Shown: one piece after another, positions 13,269-25,351 of the stretch
Layout of the letters: each line of letters begins with the position of its first letter
How positions within the stretch are numbered: the first letter of the stretch is position 1
Source: Paraphysomonas bandaiensis
Taxonomy: Eukaryota > Protista > Chrysophyceae
Direction of reading: 5' to 3'
Length of the DNA: 64,000 nt
Assembly (NCBI GenBank): GCA_965644295.1
Contig: CBFFRP010000433.1
Span: 1 to 64,000 of the forward strand
Notes under the pieces: model-generated
The model's input: only the letters and a program-made list of their open reading frames with translations
Database searches by the model: none
What the model was told of the DNA's origin: nothing
Translations under genes and position numbers: made by a program

Positions 13269-15703
13269 ATGAGTTTAATCATAGGATCAGAGACGAATTA
13301 TATACGTGATATTCAAGATGTTTTAGCTAATACACAGTCATGTCAAAATTTTCTAGTTTGTCCATTGGTATACTTTCATATTTTGATATACATAATCCTG
13401 TAATCTTATTTTCATGATAGTTTCATCCAAGAAATAAAAGAAATTTAATGGATTTAGATGCTAATAATTTAATAACTAGAAGCGATATGGTGTTAGATAG
13501 TAAGCAATGGATATCTAGTATAGTGGGAAAGATATCAGAGGTAACATCTATTCATATATATTGATAGAAAGGATAATTGATAGATATATATTTATGTATA
13601 TAGTGGATTGATTTGGATAATAGTTCTTCACGTATACGTAAAAATGGAGAGGATGTCTTACGACAGGTATACTCTGTTGATGGGCTTGTTTTTCTCGAAA
13701 TGAATGTTATGTGTGTAGGAATTCAATTGGGCTTCCCATTTAGGTTTACAAGCTGTAATATTTCCAACACCTGCAATGTCCTCACCTAATTATGCACGAG
13801 TCTTGCAGCAACTTTGCTCCCCGTTGAGTCACCAGCAGATTTGGGTGCGTATTCCAGTCTGGCTTCCGACAGATTATAGATCCTCTTCATCTTCTATCTC
13901 TTCAACAGACTGTGATGGGTGGGAGGCTTGGGACCAACTTCGCACTTTGTGTCAACACAATAAACAAATATTTGTGGCACTTGAGCTTACCGAAGATCTT
14001 CCAGATGATGTGTCTTGTCTAGACCGTTGGAAAGGTGAACCAGTGAGAGCCGTATCCGTCAGTACTAGCATCTTCCTCACTAATCCCAAGCAGTATCCTG
14101 TTCTTTCTAAACGTCATCAATATGTGTTACAAGAGTTAATGCGTCATCGAGTGCATGTAATAGTGCGAGGGCAACCACATCATTGCGGGGGGGAAAGTCT
14201 GGCCCCCTATTTTCAATACCTTCAACACCTGTATTCCCTTGTGCAGGCACACATACGGGACACCACTTCTGTAGGGGAACGTGAGTGTATTCCTTATAAC
14301 GACTGTCTGCAAGCTCCTCTTCAACCTCTCATGGATAACCTGGAGTCTCAGACTTACGAGACATTTGAGCGAGATCCTGTCAAATACGCCCAATATGAAG
14401 CTGCTGTAGCTAAAGCCCTCGTGAGTATGCAACAGACCCTGCGAACCCAGCGCGGTCTCTCGGATAGCGAAGAGGGTGATAGTGTGCTAGTAATGGTTGT
14501 TGGGGCCGGACGAGGTCCGTTGGTTGCAGCCACACTGTCAGCATCCTCATCCACAGGAGTGCCGGTGAAAGTCTATGCCGTTGAGAAAAATAGGAACGCT
14601 GTTGTCACACTGCGTAATAGATGTAAAGTTGAAGCATGGGATAACGTTGAGGTTGTCGCGCAAGATATGAGAAAGTGGAACCCTCCTGTCAAGGTACGAG
14701 GCCTGGGGCTAGTGTGCACTGTTTGCTGGAGCTTGTGAACATGGAGAGTTGTGTTAACGAAATTCTTTAGGCTGATATTATGGTCAGTGAACTTCTTGGT
14801 TCGTGGGGAGATAACGAGCTGTCGCCAGAGTGCTTGGATGGCGCACAAGAGTATTTGCAACCTTATGGGATCAGCATTCCCGCCTCATATACATCATTTC
14901 TTGCCCCTCTCTCCTCCTCGAAACTATGGAATGCTGCAGGCGACGCGTTTCCAACAGACCGTGTGAAGGTATGCCTTGTAATCTGCACCACTTTAAGCTA
15001 TTGTCTGATATAATTTATACGATGCAGGGATACGAAACTCCGTATGTCGTGAAGCTTCATAATGTGTGCGTATTTGCCGAGGAAAAGTCTTTGTTTCATT
15101 TCGAACACCCAAACACATCCAAACCTATTGATAATACTAGGTGATCCGAATATGAGCTATGATTGGATCGAATCGGCAGTTTTCTTACACTACTATTTTG
15201 TTTGTAGATACCATTCAGTGTCTTTTGAGGTGAAACACGATCGCACACTTCACGGCTTCAGTGGAACCTTTGAGTCAGTGCTTTATGACGATGTTATGAT
15301 ATCGATTGCACCCAAGGTACTAAAAGCCTAGCACTAGTATATATTTTTCTGCGTATACTACTTTGCTATGCATAAGTAATAAAACTGATGCAATGGTGTT
15401 TGTAGACCCACTCTAAGGGAATGTTTAGTTGGTTTCCACTATATATTCCTCTTTCCACCCCCATCAGAGTTCGACCCGGAGATACTATTCGCGCCCACGT
15501 GTGGAGGTTTGCATATCTCTTCTGTGAGTTAATTTCTAACTTTTTATTCAGATGTATAGACTCCCGCCGGGTGTGGTATGAATGGTGGGTTGTTGGTCTT
15601 GCTGTTTGATGCTTTTGCTTATGTCTGATGCAGGTGTTTGTCGAGCCCAATTGTTACCCCCGTACAAAATAGTGGTGGGCGGTCATATTGGATTGGTTTG
15701 TAG
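13269..15703 (+). CDS. PRMT5: Protein arginine N-methyltransferase 5 (multi-exon)
   Basis: [68 protein letters not shown] and C-terminal GRSYWIGL*. N-terminal exons contain WIDLD and WASHLGL. Confidence 0.96.
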
Positions 15704-18108
15704 TGTCGTGTTCACTTGGTCTATATTACTTCCTTGACTGCGTACTAAATTAGAATGATCGTGGACTTAAAGCCTTATTTCTTTCAATGTTATTCCTTTA
15801 GTTATAGTATCAAAATAGTTCGTGTAAACTACTGCTACGTATCACTGAAGCTCAGGGCTACGTAACTATTAATTGTCAATTGATTGGCGCAGGTTGTGTC
15901 CTGTTAACGTCAATCTAGCTCTGCGTTACACACATTCATTATATTCTTCCTCATTTTGATACTAATGGTATTAAAAAAATATTACTGTTAATTGAAGAAA
16001 TTTTTGATCCATTATAGTTGTAATTATTATTTACTGTCCCAATTTCAATTATTGCAATGCCAATAATTGACTATTTATTGTAGCCTGAACCCATTGAGGG
16101 TAGTAGCCGATAATTAATATCATTGACAATTCCGTTTATGTGTCGTTAAATAATGGGAAACTAAATCACAAGACTACGCAATTACGTAAATAAAATGAAA
16201 AGTATCTACTATTAAACTACAACCAACTCCTACGTGCGTACTTGAAGTTTGGTAAAGCCAATCGCTAGTAGTTATCCTGTATTCTATGTAGCAATGAAAT
16301 ACAGAATATACATGACTACAGTATAGGAGTAGCTATTACAAGTATACAAAGAAACTGAAAATATAGTAGCTGTTAAAGATATGATTTGTAGAACAGAATG
16401 TTGATGTTGGTGAATGACGTGGTTCCTAACTCACAGTGCTACAACATCATAAACTTACTATATCTCCTATAATATCAATCAGTCAATACTACTGCACTAA
16501 CTAAAAGCTTAAATTAATATCTACAGGACAGGTAGATTATTTTTAAATATGTTTTGCTTACAGCTTACAGTATGTGATAGATAATGGATATAGGCCTACA
16601 TATCGTTATTATTCACTATTAAAGTGTATCATTTATTTGGTGAAAATATGTTTGGAATTTTTTTAATTGTTGGTACTGTTTTTACTATTTGAGTAGAATG
16701 TCAAGAATTAAATGTCTGCGTAACAATAGGTTATTATATATATACCACAGGGCTGCCCAACAATTAATCAATTATAACTTCTAGTATTACATATATGCTG
16801 TCCTAATTAATTGTAAAATTGCAATTAGTTGCAATTACTTGCGATGTAGAATTTAATTGAAACTAAAAACTATGTACTCAAGAAGCTATACATTAGCTGC
16901 AACATATCTTGCGCAACTGTTATTTCATACCAGAGGGGCAACGATACATAAATTCGATACTTTTACGTCCTGGTAAGGAGGCTTTGTTGCCACCTTTAAC
17001 AGCTTCACGGCTGCATTTTCGAAAGAATGCCTGATTATTAGCAATAGGCGTGTTAGAGTCAGAACTATTTTAGCATTGCAATTTAACTATCTATAGAGTG
17101 CTTAACTCTGATAACCTACGAATGCTTCTTGTGTGACACGGCAAGCATCAACTTCGGTGCAAACACTTTCGCTCTATCACTCAAAGCAAACGCAATGAGC
17201 AGGCAGAATGTTGATATACCTGACATCTGCTGACTTCAGGGTTTTTGAGTCCTTAGGGTGAACAGCAGCCCAATGCTTGACTTCAGCAGGCAGCTCATAC
17301 ACAAGTAAAAGTTATTTGTACCCCTTGTACCACACAGACAATTGGCTATGAGTGGGCTAAAATTTATCTGATTTGCTGAGGGTTTTTTGAAGCAACGTTG
17401 TCACCCAGATGATGCTCGACAATCGGGTGCTTTCTGATGAATTCGTCACACAATGAACGAGCTGGTGTCTATCATTCCCTTGTGGTTCTATTGACATGCA
17501 TTGAATAAAGTTCAAGTTTATCCGTAATTGCACCAGCTTGACATAATCCATTTTACTTGGAGTTAGGTTTATCACGTCAAATTGACATTTTTTATCAATG
17601 AATTGAACTCAATTATGATTTACTGTCCCAATACAAATGATTGACAATTATTTGACACGCATTGATTTTAGCGATCATAATAACACGCATGAATATTTGA
17701 ACTAACTATGTCACGTTCTTTACAACTTTGCTTCATCATTTCAAAGTTTCTTATTGTAGCAAATTTACTACTACTATATGTACATAGTTTATATAGTTTA
17801 TGTAGTTTATATACATCTTTGGGAAATACGTATTCAAACAATTTAAGAGTACTATAGCTTATTACTCTATCATTCTATCTTTTTAAACCGCTAAAGTACT
17901 ATGCAATACATATTACAAGCCCAATCAATACTAACAATCATAGAATCACTTTAACATATAGGTCACACGTATATAGCACTCTGCCCAAATATAAGAAATA
18001 TACACCATTCCAAATCTTAATGAGAAATCAGTCGTAATATAAATTTCTTTGTGTAGTCATGTATTGAGAAAACAGTCATATGGTCACGCCTGGAACCATA
18101 TGTCATCG

Positions 18109-21100
18109 CTATTCTGTGTTTTGCGATATACCAACACAGGTGACTACAAAGGTGCCTAACTTGATCCCGACAGCAAATTCACGCACATCCTAAGTATTGC
18201 AGTATTTAAACACATATATTCTGTAATACTAAAACCGACCTGATTCGTAATACTTTCTACAACAGCAGCTAAATCATTCAATGACTTTCTTCCACATTCA
18301 GGTGTCTATTACGCATGAACGATCAGTATAAGCGAGGCCACATATAACATACTATTTCAAACCTGAGATCCGCTCATACTGTCCACCCAGAATTTGGAAT
18401 GAGATGTCTGAGTCAATAGCCTATTCACGACGTGTCTTTTCACAATATCCATTTGCCGTTGATCACAGTGGTAATCTTGTAATGCGAGTAGGACATCACG
18501 GCAAGCCCAAACTGCATTTTCTATCTGTTTTAACAGTCACATAGAATGGCGTAAGATGCAATATACTCTCACCTGAGAAGGTGATGTCGACACAGTCACT
18601 GTATAAATTGAGCTTCGAGTAATATCACTATCTATTGAAGACATCTCAAACGAGGCATCATAACATAATCCGCGCTCCTCTCTTACAATTTCGAATAGTC
18701 GACGATTCGCAATCTACAACGACATTGAATCAATGAGGTGAAAGAAATTTATGTCATGTACCTCCTGAAGAACTAACGCAACTGCACGAGGATAGAGTAT
18801 ATGACTGGTGTACGGTCCATCCTTCCGTCCATAGACGTCATCCTTGCGATACATATGTCCCGCAATTACACCTACTCCTCTCTCCTCAGAGTCCCCCAAT
18901 TGAACTCGTAATAAATCATCTGTCGACCCTGAGAAATTTGACTCGCGATTATATATGTGTTGCTCATCCAATACTGTGGCTGATGAAAATCTTCCTTTGT
19001 AACGAGGCACAGTACCTAAGTATAGCTGAGTGAGAGAACTTATTTCATCGACAGAGAGATCTGCTGCAACGGAGACTTCAACATTAGGAGAGAGTATCTG
19101 TGCAAAAGCAACTGCTTAATTGCAAAGCAAAACAATAATACTGTACATATACTTGTTTCATTGCCGCACACTTTGCTTCCTCGAAGGATATATTATCTAT
19201 ACTCCTGTGACTCGGTGGGGAAACCCTATAAATAGTGGAACACAATGCAAAATCAACACACCATGCGCAATACAACAACGTACACGGTACCATGAATCAT
19301 TCCCAGTGAGACGTCTAACAGCAACATCTCGACAAAGAGAAAACAAATCACTATTGCAGCTGTTGATATGATGATGTGCACCCGCAACTGCTCGCTCAAA
19401 AGCATCCGACTCCCACTTGAACGAAGAGAGCATGCAATGCGCCATCTAGGGATATACGTTACTGGTTTGATAGCATAGGAATATATATATGGGCAAATAT
19501 GCTCGTGTAAGAAACTTACTTGCAACACAGTTTCCAGACCATGATTTGTTTCTATATCCATTACTATAGCACCACGTTCAGCACGAATATCTACATGGAT
19601 ACCCCTATCCGTACAGAATAACTCCACAGCCTCACGGGAAAAGTTGCTCATCGCTCCACCCTCCATCATCATGCGGGCTGCTAAGTATACCGCAGCAGGC
19701 TTAGCATATTCTCTCTCCATTCCAGGTGCCCAGATTCTTATGCTTGCTATACCTGGCTCGGCAATGTGTGATGTGCTAACAAAGTTGACTTGGAGACCAT
19801 TACTCAAACGCCCTTGGATTAATGGGTGAGTTTCATCTTCCCACAAAAATGCCCTTCGACTTTTCAATGCTCTTCCTGGCTCATACAGAGAAATATTGCG
19901 ACCTTTATGCGGAAGAAAAGATACCCAACGTAAAGACTGCAAACGTGTTTCATCAGCTAATTTCTGAGCATTAAGTAGAGTGGTAGGTACATCGACCGGC
20001 AATGCAGGTGTAGGATCGGCTTCAATAGCACTCACTAATACATCTGTCACCTGGGCAAGACATAACAATGCTAGTTTATCGGTACAATAAGTGTGCAAAT
20101 AACAAGTAGTACCTGTTGAGGAGTTGCTACAGTTGTCAGTGTATCAGGGCATGCGAAAACAATCGCCGCGACTCTTTCTCCGTCAGAAACTGCTGTCAAG
20201 TTTCCATGACTGATGTGTGTACACATATCTTGTGCAACACGGTTTACTTCGGAAAGTGTTATAGTACTGTCATCGCCATTACTGTCCAGAGACAGTATAT
20301 TTTTTGCCGCAGTATACTTTGCAATAGGGTCCATATATGTATGCCCACAGGCTGTTGAGTGCATCAGGGCGTTTATAACTTCCTAAACGTACACTTAAGA
20401 AGCTCCGATAGAGCAAAAAATATCACCTCATGAGTAGTTTTATTGCTTTTAATCAAGTCATGGCGATACTCTGACATCAATGCTGTTTTCATTCTTCGAA
20501 ATTCCATATCTGATAAGCCATGATACCCCATAGATCTAGGTAATAAATCAGATCGCGACTATGAAGTCAAACGAACAACAGTAACTCACTTGACTTCCTT
20601 GACAACTCGAAAAACTGCCATCGTCCAGTTCAAAGGATCGCAGTTAACCTCCAGACACCCGACTGTACAACCTTCTCTCGGTGAGTCTCTCAAGGACATT
20701 TCAGCGCTAATGACACCATCTCCACGCAACATACCTAACCTACAATACAGGATCTGACCAACATAGACAATGTGGCGGTAGTACACACACCTGGCATTAA
20801 GTGCAGATACGACTAGATTATACATCAAGCTATTTCGAAGCTCGCTGATAGAAGTAATTGGCCTAATTGGGTATTTAAAGTATATTTGAAGAACGACAGT
20901 TTTCTGGAGGGGGTGGGGAGTAACCAAAGGCTCTGGAAATTGACTGCCAACCACGTGAGATTTGCTCCCTACTAATTGACTTACAGCGAGTGGGTCCATA
21001 CGAGGAAAAGTTCGTCGGAAAAACTCCGCTGCTTTTCGGCGTCCACATGACCAGCTGTGCAAAACAGGGGGGTAATGTCTCGAAATCTGTCGCATTGTTA

Positions 21101-22289
21101 TTGGATTCCATAGTGAATCTATTGTCCCACTCGTAGTTTCCAAGCTATTTGCATCACTTGTGGCGTCCGGAACACAAGAGAATATATCTTCCACAACCTT
21201 CTGCGTCCGACTTAAGTCAATGTCTCCTACGACGTATAGAATCGCATTGCTGGGTTGATACGTTCTATTTTTCAGCTCCTCTAAGTCCTCCACACTACAT
21301 GAGCGGATTATGTCTAGCTGACCTATTGGAAAACGTTTACAGAGAATATTCTCCTTGTGTAATTCAGCCAAAGAATTGAGATAGAGCCGGCGCTGTAGGT
21401 TGTTCACAGCTGAAGCTTCAGAAAGTACGGCGGCTTTCTCCCGCTCCAAACGTCCTTCCTCAATATTAGCTCTAAACACTCTAGATATTGCCTCGCAGAC
21501 TCTACGGAGCAGGTTGTTACTATTCGGAGCAACTAACGGACATGACGCAAAAAACACGGAATGGTGAAAGTCTGTGAAAGCATTGGTAGTACAATCCAAT
21601 CCTCCCAAGTTTTGTCGTCCCAAACCACCCATATATGCTACGTGTTCCAGCAAGTGGCTCATGCCACGTTGATCATCTCTCTCACAAGCTGATCCACCTA
21701 ATATCTCAAGGTAAATATCGACTGTGTTAGAAGGATACGGATTCTTCAATAACTTAAACTTCATCCCGTTAGTTAGAGTGCCTTCTCTTAAGTCTTTATG
21801 GGGCAGTATATCACTATTAGATGAGCCTATAGCACTATTAAATGAGCCTATAGCACTATTAGAGGAGCCTATAGCACTATTAGATGAGCCTATAGCACTA
21901 TTAAATGAGCCTATAGCACTATTAAATGAGCCTATAGCACTATTAAATGAGCCTATAGCACTATTAAAGGAGCCTATAGCGCTATTAGAGGAGCTTATAG
22001 CGCTATTAAAGGGGCCTATAGCGCTATTAGATGAGCCTATAGCACTATTAGAAGAGCCTATAGCACTATTAGAGGAGCCAATAGCACTATTAAAGGAGCC
22101 TATAGCACTATTAGAAGAGCCTATAGCACTATTAGAGGGGCCTATAGCACTATTAAAGGAGCCTATAGCACCACTATAGCCCATAGAACGAGGAGACGTC
22201 TTGTGTAGTCTCATAATTCGTGGTATTTTCCAATTTGACTGTGCAGGAGACATAAGTATAATACATATGAGCCATACCAACCCCCTCAT
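18109..22289 (-). CDS. M16 zinc metallopeptidase, stromal processing peptidase-like, with signal peptide (multi-exon)
   Basis: Inverted HXXEH (HLLEH), GSACERDDQRG, TNAFTDFHHSVF, EREKAAVLSE, RFPIG and a second-half motif RRLFEIVREERGLCYDA. Hydrophobic N-terminus. Confidence 0.88.
21812..22170. repeat. In-frame 21-bp coding tandem repeat (about 17 units, SAIGS[S/F]N)
   Basis: ATAGCACTATTA(G/A)A(T/G)GAGCCT units inside the M16 N-terminal region. Confidence 0.95.
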
Positions 22290-22487
22290 TGATAGTTATT
22301 GCTGTTAATGGACTGAAATGAAGTGTAAAGAAGGTATGAATAGATTCGTAATGGAAGAGTTTGTTAGAAGGAGAATATGGAATGAGTTGAGTGCGTCATG
22401 TGAGGAATAGACACACCAGACATAGACATACAGCTACATATACATACACAGCACATGAGACCCCTGCATTTTCCAACCATATTCTAC

Positions 22488-22627
22488 CATACATACATAC
22501 ATACATACATACATACATACATACATACATACATACATACATACATACATACATACATACATACATACATACATACATACATACATACATACATACATAC
22601 ATACATACATACATACATACATACATA
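22488..22627 (+). repeat. (CATA)n microsatellite, about 35 units, left target flank of transposon copy 1
   Basis: Perfect CATA array ending in TA immediately before the TIR. Confidence 0.98.
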
Positions 22628-22874
22628 CTGTACGTTTCTGTCAACTTTTATCCACGCACTCGTTTTTCTGTAAAATGTGGAAGGTACCGTACTCAAGCCC
22701 GCACCATAATGGTGTGGAACTATATAAGTGGTGATGATGAGTGACCAGTGGTATGTATGGTGTTGCTGGTGAGTAATAGATCCAGGGAGGTGGGTGTTGA
22801 AGGAGGAGCTCTCTCATCACAGCATGGTATCATACATACAGAACATAATAACAGCGAGAACATATCATAGTAGC

Positions 22875-23514
22875 ATGGAATCAACTACCACGGAATCAAC
22901 TACCACGGAATCAACTACCACGGAATCAACTACCACGGAATCAACTACCACAGGGGGCATTAGAAAAGTCGGTGATGGGGAAACCAAAAATCGTAACTCC
23001 TCTGCGTTAGCTCAGTTTGCGAAGTACTTGGAGATGCGGTTCGACGGGAAGAAGAGGTATAAGGAACTCATAGACAGTGATATAAATGTAGAACTATTTC
23101 AATGTTTCGGTGGCTTTTTGATCGATCACGCCGTCCATGGAACAACGAAGAAGCCTTTGACCCTAGGTACTGCTTGGCAGTATTTGTCAGACACGAAGAC
23201 TGCGCTGACGAAGCGATTTAAAAGAAATGAGTTATTAAGCAGCTCCAATGAGCTGTGGTACAAAGATGTGAGAGCGGCAGTATCAAAGCATATTATCAAG
23301 CGGTGTATCGCACAAGGAGTGCGTATATCAGAGAAAACAAGTCCAGTGGGGAAAGAACTAATGAAGCGCATAGGTGAATACATTATACATCGGGCATCTG
23401 ATTTCTCCGGTAAGTGGACATACTTCACATATCTATGATTTACTGTATGCTAATAAACTTTATTTAGAAGTGAAGAAGTATTCATTGTACAATCTCTATT
23501 TGGTTTTTCACATG
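22875..23514 (+). pseudogene. Truncated tyrosine-recombinase-like gene (N-terminal core-binding region), copy 1
   Basis: LFQCFGGFL...PLTLGTAWQYLSDTKTAL...WYKDVR...KRCI...EKTSPVGKELMKRIGEYI resembles, from recall, the N-terminal part of stramenopile/oomycete Crypton-like YR proteins. There is a GT-AG intron at 23410-23467, and the reading is cut off after VFHM. No R-H-R-Y catalytic residues are visible. Confidence 0.55.
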
Positions 23515-23727
23515 TTATCACCTATCATTCAAGCACTCATTAACGTGTATCTGCTGCATATGGCTGCCTCGTCATATTACTATATACATATACTCGATGC
23601 ATGTGATATGATGCACTATGCTATGATGCACTCTGCTGATTGGATCACTCGATGGGCGCACTTGCTGTGCGGCCTTTGTGTAAAAACAAGGGTGTGGGAT
23701 CCCGCACCTGCGGTGCGGGCTAAATAA

Positions 23728-23881
23728 TTTTTCCACAAAAACACTCTCTCCACACCCATTCCGACGACTCTCCAATTCTGACACGAGCATTCCACAAGCA
23801 TTCCATTCTACCCCTGGCGGACTCAAATTATACCCACAACTCCATTACACTGTACAATATGTAACAATATGGCTGCAGCTC
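23728..23881 (+). promoter_or_regulatory. Internal 154-bp inverted repeat (partner 26880-27033) holding the upstream region and first codons of both transposon genes
   Basis: 153/154 identity to the reverse complement of 26880-27033. It ends in ATGGCTGCAGCTC, so both ORFs start MAAA, and it contains repeated CATTCC motifs. The promoter role is inferred. Confidence 0.85.
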
Positions 23882-24825
23882 CTGTATTGGATCTTTCTGA
23901 AGACTTCATTTATGATCATCCGGTGTTTCGAATTGATCACAGACTTGTTGAGCATGAGCCTGTTGAGGCAGAGGAAGGAATATCACAACATGGTTTGTCT
24001 AGGCATCAATATACAGTATTGTTTTGGTACAAATGTTGTTTTAAGGATACCACTCTGCTTGAATGCGCAGAGTTTCTGAGAATTGTTTGCAACGTGACTG
24101 TGAGCCGATCCACAGTGTGCAGAGCACTCCTCCGACTTGGTTTCAAGAAAAAGCATATGAAGTACATCGCCAAGTATCTTGACGAGAATGATAGAGTGGC
24201 ATTTTGGGTCAATCCGCCTGATCATTCACTGCGACCGGGTGTGCTTGGGGTTTATTATCGGGACATTGTGGACCTAGACGAAAGCGGCTTTTACGTCTCC
24301 AATTCACGGCGTGTCTGTGGTCACTCTCTTGGGAGCACCTCAAGCAGTTCTATTGGAAACAAAGCCCGCATGCTGCCCCACTACTCATTGCTAGTTGCTA
24401 TCGACGCTCGCAAAGGTGTGATCAACAACATATTTTATCCACATGGCACAACTTCGGAGGTATTCTACCACTTTGTTGTGTACCTGTTAATTCCCAGTCT
24501 TGAGGGTACTGGGAGACGTGTCATTACAATGGATCGCTTGAGTGCTCATTTTGGAGTTGTGGTCAAAGCTCTAACGGATGCTGGACATTATGTTGTCTTT
24601 CGTCCTGCTTCGTCCCCTACCTTTGCACCAGTGGAATGGGTATTCAGTTACGTGGACAAGTTTCTTCAAGAGCATAGTCCACAAGTCACGCCCAATTCAT
24701 TAAAGTTTTGGTTAAGGACGGCTTTGGATACAATTAGTAGGTTTGACGTCAAACAGTATATGGCAGCTGCACACTTTTATGTCCCGACGTATCCGTACAC
24801 ACCTTACCGCGGTGAACAATCATAG
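23869..24825 (+). CDS. IS630/Tc1-like DDE transposase (318 aa, DD33E)
   Basis: HTH TLLECAEFL..VSRSTVCRALLRLG. Catalytic motifs DLDESGF, MDRLSAH and SPTFAPVEW. Confidence 0.92.
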   Translation: MAAAPVLDLSEDFIYDHPVFRIDHRLVEHEPVEAEEGISQHGLSRHQYTVLFWYKCCFKDTTLLECAEFLRIVCNVTVSRSTVCRALLRLGFKKKHMKYIAKYLDENDRVAFWVNPPDHSLRPGVLGVYYRDIVDLDESGFYVSNSRRVCGHSLGSTSSSSIGNKARMLPHYSLLVAIDARKGVINNIFYPHGTTSEVFYHFVVYLLIPSLEGTGRRVITMDRLSAHFGVVVKALTDAGHYVVFRPASSPTFAPVEWVFSYVDKFLQEHSPQVTPNSLKFWLRTALDTISRFDVKQYMAAAHFYVPTYPYTPYRGEQS

Positions 24826-25351
24826 GGGTGCTATGTGGTTGTAGTGCACGTTGTGACTGCGCTGCACTTAGTATTTATTAATCTGGTTATTTATTCTTAA
24901 CTATTCTAAATTATTATTCTTAAGTAATTTGGAACAGTATATTGCAATACCTTGCAAATGATATTAATCTGTTTAATATATTATTAGCTATATGTCGGTG
25001 GAATGCTTTTCACTTTTCACATTGTAATTATATGATATGTTACTAGTTTCATACGAAATTGAAAGCGCAGTGCTCACGGCAATAGTGATGAGAGTAAGCT
25101 TGTGTAATTTGGGCTCAAAATGAGTCCATTAAAAATTTGGGTGAATGTGTGATTATTACACAGTTCTAGTGATGACATAATATGATTAATAATTAATACA
25201 TTAATTAACAATAATAAAATTTATATAAAACTTCTTGACAACGATTGAATAATAATAACAGCGAAAAGCAATAATAATAAAAGGCTATATCTGGAATCAG
25301 CAGGCTATAATAAGAAAACAAACTAATAAGAAAAGACACAATGCTAAGGGT

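Noticed and set aside
16960-17660. Possible degraded gene or TE between PRMT5 and the M16 gene
   Set aside because: Only short interrupted frames and weak CAATT-rich similarity to about 16020; no defined ends.
21724-22179. Plus-strand EPIALL heptad ORF
   Set aside because: Antisense shadow of the 21-bp repeat in the M16 gene.
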